A DNA stretch of 64,000 nt from Candidatus Bathyarchaeia archaeon. GTDB taxonomy: Archaea > Thermoproteota > Bathyarchaeia > Bathyarchaeales > Bathycorpusculaceae. A model generated the notes under the pieces. That model had not been told where the DNA came from. It did not search any database and saw nothing but the letters and a program-made list of their open reading frames with translations. Shown here piece after piece: positions 56,356-64,000 of the stretch. The position numbers and the translations under genes were made by a program. Numbering within the stretch: position 1 is the first letter of the stretch; every line of letters starts with the position of its first letter. The stretch lies in the NCBI GenBank assembly GCA_049512935.1, contig JBEKWR010000008.1, forward strand, positions 28,329 through 92,328. The letters run 5' to 3'.

Positions 56356-57114
56356 TCAATGTTGGCGTCCCTGCAGCCCCACCTGGTAAAGTGCGTAGCC
56401 TGAGTAGAAGGCGTAGGCAGCTAGAAGTTTGCCGATTACTCTTGAGTCGCCAAGCGTCAACGCTTCAGACATCAAGCCTACGCTGCCTCTGAACGTCCAC
56501 ACGTTGGGCGGTCGATAGTGAATGCAAAACGGGACGTAACATGGAACCGCGCGGAACCCTTTGCTTTCAACCCAGTCTTTGATGTAGGCGTCTTCGTAAA
56601 CGTGGAGTTTCTTTGGAATGTCTATGTCCTTGACCAACTCGGTTTTGATGAGGGTGTCATGTGTTCCGCCTCGAACCTCAAAAATTTTCCTCGTGAGCAC
56701 CAAGAAGATTTTCATGGCTAAGGGGCTTCCGATTGTTGACCAAACCTCTGTTCCCCATACTAAGCCGACGTCTGCGGTTATGTACTGCTGGGCTTTTTTG
56801 AACCAGTCGTGGCAGAGCACAACGTCGCTGTCTACAAACAAAAACCATTCTGTTTTGACTTCTGCTATGCCTTTTTGGCGTGCGGTGGCGCGGTTGCCCT
56901 TGTCCAAGATGACTTTTACGTTGTGGTATTTCTCGTTAAACCAGTCGGCTATTTCCAGGGTTTTATCCGTTGAGTAACCGTCAACCACTATCAATCTTGC
57001 AACTGGAACGTTTCGGTAAACAGACTCTAAGCAGTCTTTGAGTTTTCTTTCGCTGTTCTTAGTCAACAGCACAACGTCAACAGAGTCCATCATCGCACCC
57101 GCTTCCTTTCCCAA
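56356..57114 (-). CDS. Glycosyltransferase family 2
   Basis: VVDGYSTDKT, FVDSD and ED motifs. Confidence 0.88.
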   Translation of the reverse strand: MGKEAGAMMDSVDVVLLTKNSERKLKDCLESVYRNVPVARLIVVDGYSTDKTLEIADWFNEKYHNVKVILDKGNRATARQKGIAEVKTEWFLFVDSDVVLCHDWFKKAQQYITADVGLVWGTEVWSTIGSPLAMKIFLVLTRKIFEVRGGTHDTLIKTELVKDIDIPKKLHVYEDAYIKDWVESKGFRAVPCYVPFCIHYRPPNVWTFRGSVGLMSEALTLGDSRVIGKLLAAYAFYSGYALYQVGLQGRQH

Positions 57115-57295
57115 CCGCTAACTGATTATTAATTCATAGTGGTATGCAGAACCGCTTAAAAAACAGCTTGCTTTGCGCAGTCAGTTAAGGTTGAGGCGTT
57201 TCGTAAAAATTGACGCAAATGCTAGGTTAACGATGAGCAGGTTGTAGTGCCGCAGTCGCCAAAAAACGCAAATTTTTTCTTTATTGAACTTTGTT

Positions 57296-58243
57296 TTAGT
57301 CGGTCGAAGAAGCTTTTTCGAACAGGACGTTTGGGCTCATCAGGTTCTCTTGTAGGAGTTTTTTGAGTTCCTGCAGCGAAATGTTCGTGACGAAAAACGG
57401 AAGCTTGTACCCGCCTTTCTTCAGGAGGCGCCTGATAACCCTGTTTTCCTGAACCTTGTCCTCGAAAACGACGAATCTAACCCTGAAATTGTTCTGCTCA
57501 AGAATGTGCAGCAGCTCATCCATCCTTTTGGGAGACATGAATGGAAGCCCGTAATGCAACTCAACAAGAAGCCTAACGTCGCCCTTGAGGGTTTCAGGCA
57601 TTCCCTTGATGATTTGGTACTCCCAGCCTTCAACGTCCATTCGGATAAGCTTTGGACCCTTTTTGCCTTTGAAAAATGAATCAACTGTCTCAACGTGCAC
57701 TTTTTGTGCTCCCAGTATTTTGCCGCCGACCGCGTACTTGTTCATGGCGCACCAGTTGGACTCGTTGCAAACAAAGATTTCCGATTCTTCAACTTTGTCC
57801 CCGAAGGCAAAATTATACGTGGACACGTTCTTTAACTTGTTAATCCGAAGGTTCTTCTCCATTAAGTTGAAAGTTGTTGTGACAGGTTCGACTGCGTAGA
57901 CTTTTCCCGTTTCGCCTACAAGCTTCGATTCGATCAGCACGTAATATCCAATGTTGGCACCGAGGTCTAATGCAACATCACCCTCTTTGAGGATATGTGA
58001 CTGAATCAGGTAGTCCGTGCAGAGAGGCTCTCTTTTCTTGTACAAGTAAAGGTCATAGTTGATGCCGCCTTGCCTAGGGGACAGAATCATCTTTGAATTG
58101 TTAACTTCAACAATGCTTTTCTCAGGCAAGTAAACTATGCGTTCAGTTGCGTACTTTAATGCTATCCCCAAAATCATGGATGCAGTTTTGCCGAGACCGT
58201 TTTGTTTAGTCAGCTTGATCGTTCTTAAGAAGGGCACCGTCAC
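57296..58243 (-). CDS. FkbM-family methyltransferase
   Basis: DLGANIGYY, VEP and RMDVEGWE motifs. Confidence 0.9.
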   Translation of the reverse strand: MTVPFLRTIKLTKQNGLGKTASMILGIALKYATERIVYLPEKSIVEVNNSKMILSPRQGGINYDLYLYKKREPLCTDYLIQSHILKEGDVALDLGANIGYYVLIESKLVGETGKVYAVEPVTTTFNLMEKNLRINKLKNVSTYNFAFGDKVEESEIFVCNESNWCAMNKYAVGGKILGAQKVHVETVDSFFKGKKGPKLIRMDVEGWEYQIIKGMPETLKGDVRLLVELHYGLPFMSPKRMDELLHILEQNNFRVRFVVFEDKVQENRVIRRLLKKGGYKLPFFVTNISLQELKKLLQENLMSPNVLFEKASSTD

Positions 58244-58458
58244 TGCATCATCCCCCGCACGCCAGTTTCAATTTTTGTTTATCCATGACGCATCTTTTCC
58301 AGAACTTGTTCTTAAACGAGCCGAGCCTGGAATCTGAAGCTTCATTTTTCAAGCTTCTGTTTAACGAGAACTGTGGTTGTTTCTATTAAATATGTTGCTA
58401 AACCAAGCACAAAGAACGATTAGAACTTGGAAAACTGAAGTCTGAAATAGACGGCAAT

Positions 58459-61400
58459 TTACTGTTGCCTTGGCTTGAAGAGGTCTTGGAAGTCAGGGTT
58501 GGCTTGGCCGTATTTCTGTTGAATCGCCCTGTTTATGCTCAGCCAGTCGTCAAATATCAAGGGCCAAATGTCGCTAGCTGGAATTCGCTTGGTAACGTAC
58601 TCTTTGATTGGCCCCGTCCTCTTGATTAAGCGCCTGTGCCAATCAACCTCGATTAATCCAGCTCGACGTAGATACTGCAGATTCTGATAAACACGATCTG
58701 AATCAACAGGGTAGTTTAAGCTTTTTAAATCTTCAAGTAGTGAATCAAGTGAAATCTCGTTTTCCTGTCGCAGACAAACCACCGCGGCAATATCCAAGGT
58801 TAGCTTGGTGTTAGCACTTAAGTATAGGGTTTTACGTTTCGGAACCAAAGCCTGCTCAATCCTGAACGAGTGCCGTCTGTAGAACCACCGCTTTGCAGCT
58901 TCAGCCAGAAACAGGTATGTGACAATAAAAATCAGCAAGAAAGCATAAAACAGGGGTGGGGGAGGAGCAAAACGGAAAACCCGACCCAGCACCGTATAGG
59001 GTATTATGAGGGCTGCAGCAACCACTGAGAAGCAACTGAGCACCAAATATTTACCGGGCTTGCTCTTCCAGAACGGCGTTTGCCTTGTTCTAATGATAAA
59101 CACTACCAAAGTTTGAGTGAGGAGCGATTCTACAAACCAGGCTGTTTGAAATTGCGATTGCTGATGAGGCGTTGCCAACGCAACACCCGCAACGGCAGTT
59201 ATAGGAATAGTAAAAACTAATGCCATGGTAAAGAAGGTGGCGTAGTCAAAGATTGAGCTGATGGGACCCTCAAGAGCCATGAAATTTCTGATAAAAGAAA
59301 TGTCCCATCTTTTGGGGCGCTCAACGTATTCTTCATCTACGTTGTCTGTAGCTATCGTGGTTTGGGAAAGTGTGTACAGAAGATTGTTCAACAGTATCTG
59401 TATGGATAACATCGGCAGGAAGGGCAAGAATAATGCTGCGCCCGCTACACTAAACATGTTTCCGAAGTTTGAGCTGATACCCATCATCACGTACTTCATG
59501 GTGTTCGCAAAGGTTTTTCTTCCCTCAACTACACCCAGAGCTAACACTGTCAAATCATTTTCAAGAAGAATAATGTCAGCAGACTCTTTTGCAACATCAA
59601 CAGCATTATTGACGGAAACACCAACATCCGACGTTTTTAACGAAGGAGCATCGTTAATGCCGTCGCCCATGAAGCCGACAACATGCCCGTTACTCTTTAA
59701 CAAATTCATTATTCTGTCCTTTTGCACTGGAGTTACGCGGGCAAAAACGTTAGCCTCTTCCACGACGCGAGCCAACGCGTCATCATGCATTTGAGCAATA
59801 TCGCCGCCGAGAACGACCCCTTTAATTTCGAAGCCAAGTTCCAGGCAGACTTTCCTTGTAACTAGCTCGTTGTCGCCAGTTAGGATTTTTAGCTCAATCC
59901 CTTCGTTTGCTAGAAGCCGCAGAGATTCTTTCGCTGACGCCTTTGGCGGGTCAAGAAAAGCCACGAAACCAAGAAAAACCATGTTGCTTTCATCGTTAAC
60001 TGAGTAGGTGGCTTTCTCTTCTCTGAGTTTTTTGTATGCTACACCTAAGACTCGCAAGCCTTCTGCACTTAGGTCAAGGTATTTTTGCTCAATTTTCTTC
60101 CGAAGTTCCTCGCCGACGTCTTGTATAAGTCCGCCTATTTCACAATAATCTGAAACTTTCAGTATGTCTTCAGGGGCACCTTTTGCTATGAAAAACCTTT
60201 CCCGCTGCTGTTCAACGACAACAGAGACTCGTCTTCGCACGAAATCGAATGGGACTTCATCGATTTTCTGGAAACCTTCAATATTTATTTCTTTGTGGAA
60301 AAGTATTGCATCATCGAGGGGACTTTTTAGTCCAGTTTGGAAATAGCTGTTCAGATACGAATATAGAAGAACCTTGTCGTCATCTTTACCTTCAGCATCA
60401 ACATGCATGACCAGCGAAATGCTGTTTTCAGTCAGGGTCCCTGTCTTATCCGTGCATAAAACGTTCATGCTGCCGAAGTTTTCAATAGAAGGCAAATGTT
60501 TGACTATGACACCTTTCTTTGACATGTTCACGGCGCCCTTAGAAAGGTTCATCGTGATAATCATAGGCAAAAGCTCAGGCGTCAACCCAACGGCCAAAGC
60601 AGCCGCAAAAAGCAACGATTCCACCAAACCACGATGGAACAAGGCAAGCACAATGAAAACGAAAATAATCAACACAAAAGTGAGTTGCATGATGAGGTAA
60701 CTGAACCCTTTAACGCCTCTTTCAAATTCTGTTTCAGGCGGCTTAGCAACAAGCTTCTTGGCAATCTTTCCGTATTCCGTGAGGCCGCCTGTTTTCGCGA
60801 CGACAGCCATTGAACTGCCACTTACAACGGAAGTCCCCATAAACAAATAATTGTCCCATTCTGTAATCGAACCAGAGACTAAGTTAACAGACTGCAAGCT
60901 GTCAGCTGTTTTTTCAACAGGGAACGATTCACCAGTTAACGCGCTCTGATTGATGAAAAGGTCTTTAGCGCTGATTATTCTTGCATCTGCAGGAGCGATG
61001 TCGCCAGCTGACAGGTAGATAATGTCGCCGGGAACAATTTGGGAAAGCTTAATCTCTTTCTTAGCGTTATCCCGCACAACTGTGGCTGTCGTACTGACCT
61101 TTTCCTTGAGAACCTCAGCGGCATTTTCAGCTTTGGATTCCTGATAATGGTCAATGCTAACGCTAATCATTACGATGACAAATATTATGGTAAAATCAGG
61201 AATGTCGCCAGTGGCGCCAGCGAAGGCAGCCGCAGCCAAAAGGATGAGAATCAAGGGGCTTTTAAAATGTAAAAGAAAGCTAACGAGGCTGGACCGTTTC
61301 ATTTTGCGCGCTAATTCGTTTGTCCCGTAAATATTGATTCTTTGTTCCGCTTCTTCGGAACTGAGACCCTGCTGCGAAGTTCCAAGCCGAGACAATAATT

Positions 61401-61509
61401 CATTCGCTGGCAGAGTCAAAACTTCTTCCGTTGTTACGGGAAGCTGCGCTAAAGGAACATTTTCTTTAACCGTGAATATTTCTGGGTTGCTTTGCGCGCC
61501 GTTAGCCAC
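58459..61509 (-). CDS. mgtA: Mg2+-transporting P-type ATPase with C-terminal extension
   Basis: TGES, PELLP, DKTGTLT, GDGIND, SSNFGNMFS, QILLNNLLY and FQTAWFVES (P3B signatures). Confidence 0.93.
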   Translation of the reverse strand: MANGAQSNPEIFTVKENVPLAQLPVTTEEVLTLPANELLSRLGTSQQGLSSEEAEQRINIYGTNELARKMKRSSLVSFLLHFKSPLILILLAAAAFAGATGDIPDFTIIFVIVMISVSIDHYQESKAENAAEVLKEKVSTTATVVRDNAKKEIKLSQIVPGDIIYLSAGDIAPADARIISAKDLFINQSALTGESFPVEKTADSLQSVNLVSGSITEWDNYLFMGTSVVSGSSMAVVAKTGGLTEYGKIAKKLVAKPPETEFERGVKGFSYLIMQLTFVLIIFVFIVLALFHRGLVESLLFAAALAVGLTPELLPMIITMNLSKGAVNMSKKGVIVKHLPSIENFGSMNVLCTDKTGTLTENSISLVMHVDAEGKDDDKVLLYSYLNSYFQTGLKSPLDDAILFHKEINIEGFQKIDEVPFDFVRRRVSVVVEQQRERFFIAKGAPEDILKVSDYCEIGGLIQDVGEELRKKIEQKYLDLSAEGLRVLGVAYKKLREEKATYSVNDESNMVFLGFVAFLDPPKASAKESLRLLANEGIELKILTGDNELVTRKVCLELGFEIKGVVLGGDIAQMHDDALARVVEEANVFARVTPVQKDRIMNLLKSNGHVVGFMGDGINDAPSLKTSDVGVSVNNAVDVAKESADIILLENDLTVLALGVVEGRKTFANTMKYVMMGISSNFGNMFSVAGAALFLPFLPMLSIQILLNNLLYTLSQTTIATDNVDEEYVERPKRWDISFIRNFMALEGPISSIFDYATFFTMALVFTIPITAVAGVALATPHQQSQFQTAWFVESLLTQTLVVFIIRTRQTPFWKSKPGKYLVLSCFSVVAAALIIPYTVLGRVFRFAPPPPLFYAFLLIFIVTYLFLAEAAKRWFYRRHSFRIEQALVPKRKTLYLSANTKLTLDIAAVVCLRQENEISLDSLLEDLKSLNYPVDSDRVYQNLQYLRRAGLIEVDWHRRLIKRTGPIKEYVTKRIPASDIWPLIFDDWLSINRAIQQKYGQANPDFQDLFKPRQQ

Positions 61510-61744
61510 GGTTCTCCCCGCCAGTTTCCTTGCTCAACAAAGGGCAAAAGATTCTAGCATACAAGCAGCACACATCATTTATAAAAACCCTCGCAAGAAA
61601 TTGAGCACGCAAACCAGAAAAAAGCCTAAACGGCATGGAAAGCGGCTGTTTTTCATAATTAGAAAAAGTTCGCGGAAAAATCGAAAATGGATAATTGTTT
61701 TTATAGCTCTAACCTGAATAGTCTAAACATCTACTGAGCAGCTA

Positions 61745-62821
61745 GTGAAAAACTATTTGACCCTACACATTAAAAAAGCAGCATCTGTGGCAGCCCGTTC
61801 GCTTGCACCAGGTAAGCCTCATCACGCACAATGGCTAGTCACGAAAAAATGCAATTACCGTTGCGCGGGATGCAACGTTTGGAAAGAACCAGACGAAAAG
61901 GAGCTTTCAGCTGAAGAAATAAAAAAAGGGTTAGATATTCTTAAAGAACTCGGAATAGCCGAACTCGTCATCTCAGGCGGAGACCCACTTCTCAGAGACG
62001 ACATCGGCGAGATAATTGATTACGCAACAGATTATTTTTTCACGACAGTTTACGATAATGGCAGCATGGCTGCGCAAAAAATTGATTGCCTCAGAAACGT
62101 GGATTTCGTCGCGATTTCAATAGACAGCTTAGACGAAGCAAAAAACGATTCCATCAAAAACGTGCCAGGCGCATGGAAGAGGGCAATGGAAACAGTTGAG
62201 AAGCTTCACAGCGAGGGAATAAACGTTAGTGTTACGCCGACAATTTCTCGAAAAAACCTCAATGAAATACCGGATATAACTGCATACTTCACCAAGAAAC
62301 GCATCCCCGTTTGGTACTCGCTTTACTCGTTTGATCATTCAGCCACTGAGAATCAGCTGTTCAAGATCGGAAAAGAAAATGACGAGTTTGTAATCACGGA
62401 TAATCACGCCATGGCTGAACTCTGGGGATCCATACTTGAAATGAAAAAGAAGAACAGCAGAATCCTCATGACGAAAAAGCTTCTCAAGGCGCTAAGAACC
62501 TTCTACTTGGAAGACAAAAGAACATGGAAATGCCAAGCACTCAACAACTTCTTCGTCATTGACCCTTTAGGAAGAATCGCGGGATGCCACGAAAACGATT
62601 TTGTAGGTTCAGTGTTCGATTTGCCTAAGGCGTGGAAAAGCCAAGAATTTAAAGACTCGCGTAAGGCTTACAGCGAATGCACAGGATGCAACTATTTGTG
62701 TTACATTTTCTACTCTTTGCAGGGAGGCCCGATTGGAAATGTGTCTGTGGCTTTGGACCAGTGGAGAAACGCCGGATTAGTAATCAAGAAACAAGCTAAA
62801 ACTCCATGTTCGGAAGAGTAG
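61745..62821 (+). CDS. Radical SAM protein with Cys-rich SPASM/twitch-like C-terminus
   Basis: CNYRCAGC, SGGDP, ISIDS, C..G.IAGC..CTGCNYLC. Confidence 0.88.
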   Translation: MKNYLTLHIKKAASVAARSLAPGKPHHAQWLVTKKCNYRCAGCNVWKEPDEKELSAEEIKKGLDILKELGIAELVISGGDPLLRDDIGEIIDYATDYFFTTVYDNGSMAAQKIDCLRNVDFVAISIDSLDEAKNDSIKNVPGAWKRAMETVEKLHSEGINVSVTPTISRKNLNEIPDITAYFTKKRIPVWYSLYSFDHSATENQLFKIGKENDEFVITDNHAMAELWGSILEMKKKNSRILMTKKLLKALRTFYLEDKRTWKCQALNNFFVIDPLGRIAGCHENDFVGSVFDLPKAWKSQEFKDSRKAYSECTGCNYLCYIFYSLQGGPIGNVSVALDQWRNAGLVIKKQAKTPCSEE

Positions 62822-63071
62822 AGAGATAACCCGCGTTTTTTATTGCGAATGGAAAAACCTGTTCTTGCGTTTCTTCAATGTCAACGATCGGGATTTTCGC
62901 CAGCCCAAACGTTATTTTCACGGGATTATCAATTAGGATTCTTGGGCCTGCGTCTTTGGGTTTTTTCAATTCAATGATTGCGGGAAGAAAAAAGAGCACG
63001 ATCACCATCGTCACTACAGTGAGCGTAGAAGCGGCAAAGGTGTCTAAAACCTCACCTGAAATCATTAACAT
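62796..63071 (-). CDS. Small membrane hypothetical protein
   Basis: TM followed by ELKKPKDAGPR; directly follows the GT2 gene on the same strand. Confidence 0.6.
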   Translation of the reverse strand: MLMISGEVLDTFAASTLTVVTMVIVLFFLPAIIELKKPKDAGPRILIDNPVKITFGLAKIPIVDIEETQEQVFPFAIKNAGYLSTLPNMEF

Positions 63072-63091
63072 CTCGTAAAAGCATGTATGCC

Positions 63092-64000
63092 TTAGTTCTT
63101 AATATAACAGTTTCCATTGCCCGAATGCTGCGTTTTAACCCAGACAATGTTTTTTCTTCCAAGTATTTTTGAAGCCGCCACGTCAAAAAAAGCCTTCAGG
63201 CAGATTGGTATGTTATAAAAGAAATTAAATATCAAAAGGGGAATAAGCCACTGAGTTCTTGCTCTGCCGTCCAAGTATGTGCCTACGCCGATTTCAAAAA
63301 AAGGAGCAAAATTGCCTACAAAACTGTAAAGGCAGATGGGAACAAACAGCCAAAGAAGACTGGCAAAATTTGAGCCGACTAAAATCAGCGATAAACCCGT
63401 AAGCAATGACAAGAAACCCATGATAGGCATAAAATAGACACAAAGCAACAGTAATGCATCAATTTTCTCTATTGAATTCAATTTTCGGCTTTTCAGAACG
63501 TTCCATGAGTGCTTAAAGAAACATTGCATGTGACCCTTTGCCCATCTTAACCTTTGGCGCCTGTAGGATTTCCAGTTATCAACTGCCTCTTCGTAGCATT
63601 CCGCGTCCAAGTTGTAGCGAATTTTGTAGCCTGCGAGATAAACGCTGAAAGTTAAGTCAGTGTCTTCAGCCAAAATATTCTCGTCCCAACCATGAAGGCT
63701 TTTCAGCAAGCTGCTTCTAAAGCCGCCGGCTGTCCCACCATACTGCGTAATTAGATTCAAGTTTTCTCTGGCTTCTTGGTCAACGCGGTAGCCGCCTATC
63801 CTCTCCAACGCTACGAGCCGAGTGACGATGTTTTGCGGTTCATTTAAAACAACGACCCTTCCCTGTACTGCGCCAACCGTCGGATCGGCGAATTCGCAGG
63901 TAAGCTTCTCCACGATGTCTCTTGTCGGGTAATAGTCAGCGTCAAAACAAAGGATCACTTCGCCGTTTGACCTGTTAAAGCCTGCGTTGCAAGCCGCTGA
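63092..64000 (-). CDS. Processive GT2 (cellulose synthase/PgaC-like), 5' end outside the window
   Basis: FDAD, AEDTD and QRLRW (D,D,D,QxxRW) motifs plus C-terminal TMs. Confidence 0.9.
   Translation of the reverse strand, partial: SAACNAGFNRSNGEVILCFDADYYPTRDIVEKLTCEFADPTVGAVQGRVVVLNEPQNIVTRLVALERIGGYRVDQEARENLNLITQYGGTAGGFRSSLLKSLHGWDENILAEDTDLTFSVYLAGYKIRYNLDAECYEEAVDNWKSYRRQRLRWAKGHMQCFFKHSWNVLKSRKLNSIEKIDALLLLCVYFMPIMGFLSLLTGLSLILVGSNFASLLWLFVPICLYSFVGNFAPFFEIGVGTYLDGRARTQWLIPLLIFNFFYNIPICLKAFFDVAASKILGRKNIVWVKTQHSGNGNCYIKN

Overview
Archaeal chromosomal segment, most likely Bathyarchaeia (TACK); this is inferred from the archaeal secE-spt5-rpl11-rpl1-rplP0 cluster, Rpo5/RpoH, DTD2-type deacylase, tandem-Lrp regulators and surface-protein families. 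Core genes include ribosomal/transcription genes, argF, ilvC, thrC, a ModE-regulated tungstate ABC transporter, a PAS-kinase/response-regulator cluster and a Mg2+ P-type ATPase. They are interspersed with accessory islands bordered by tRNA remnants (about 5.1-7.7 kb and 34.3-39.8 kb), two VapBC modules and a DUF4011 helicase-nuclease. The most unusual signal is non-coding. A ~250-bp dispersed element carries four AAAGTCGCAAC boxes at identical 22/72/23-bp spacing in two diverged, inverted copies, with a partial third copy. Each copy sits at an accessory/core junction and points into transcription or translation genes. Other notable items are a long Rpo5 with an RPB5-like N-terminal domain, MgtA and ThrC fused to C-terminal winged-helix domains, and a candidate structured RNA. 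No rRNA, intact tRNA or CRISPR array was seen. All assignments are by eye; no database searches were run.
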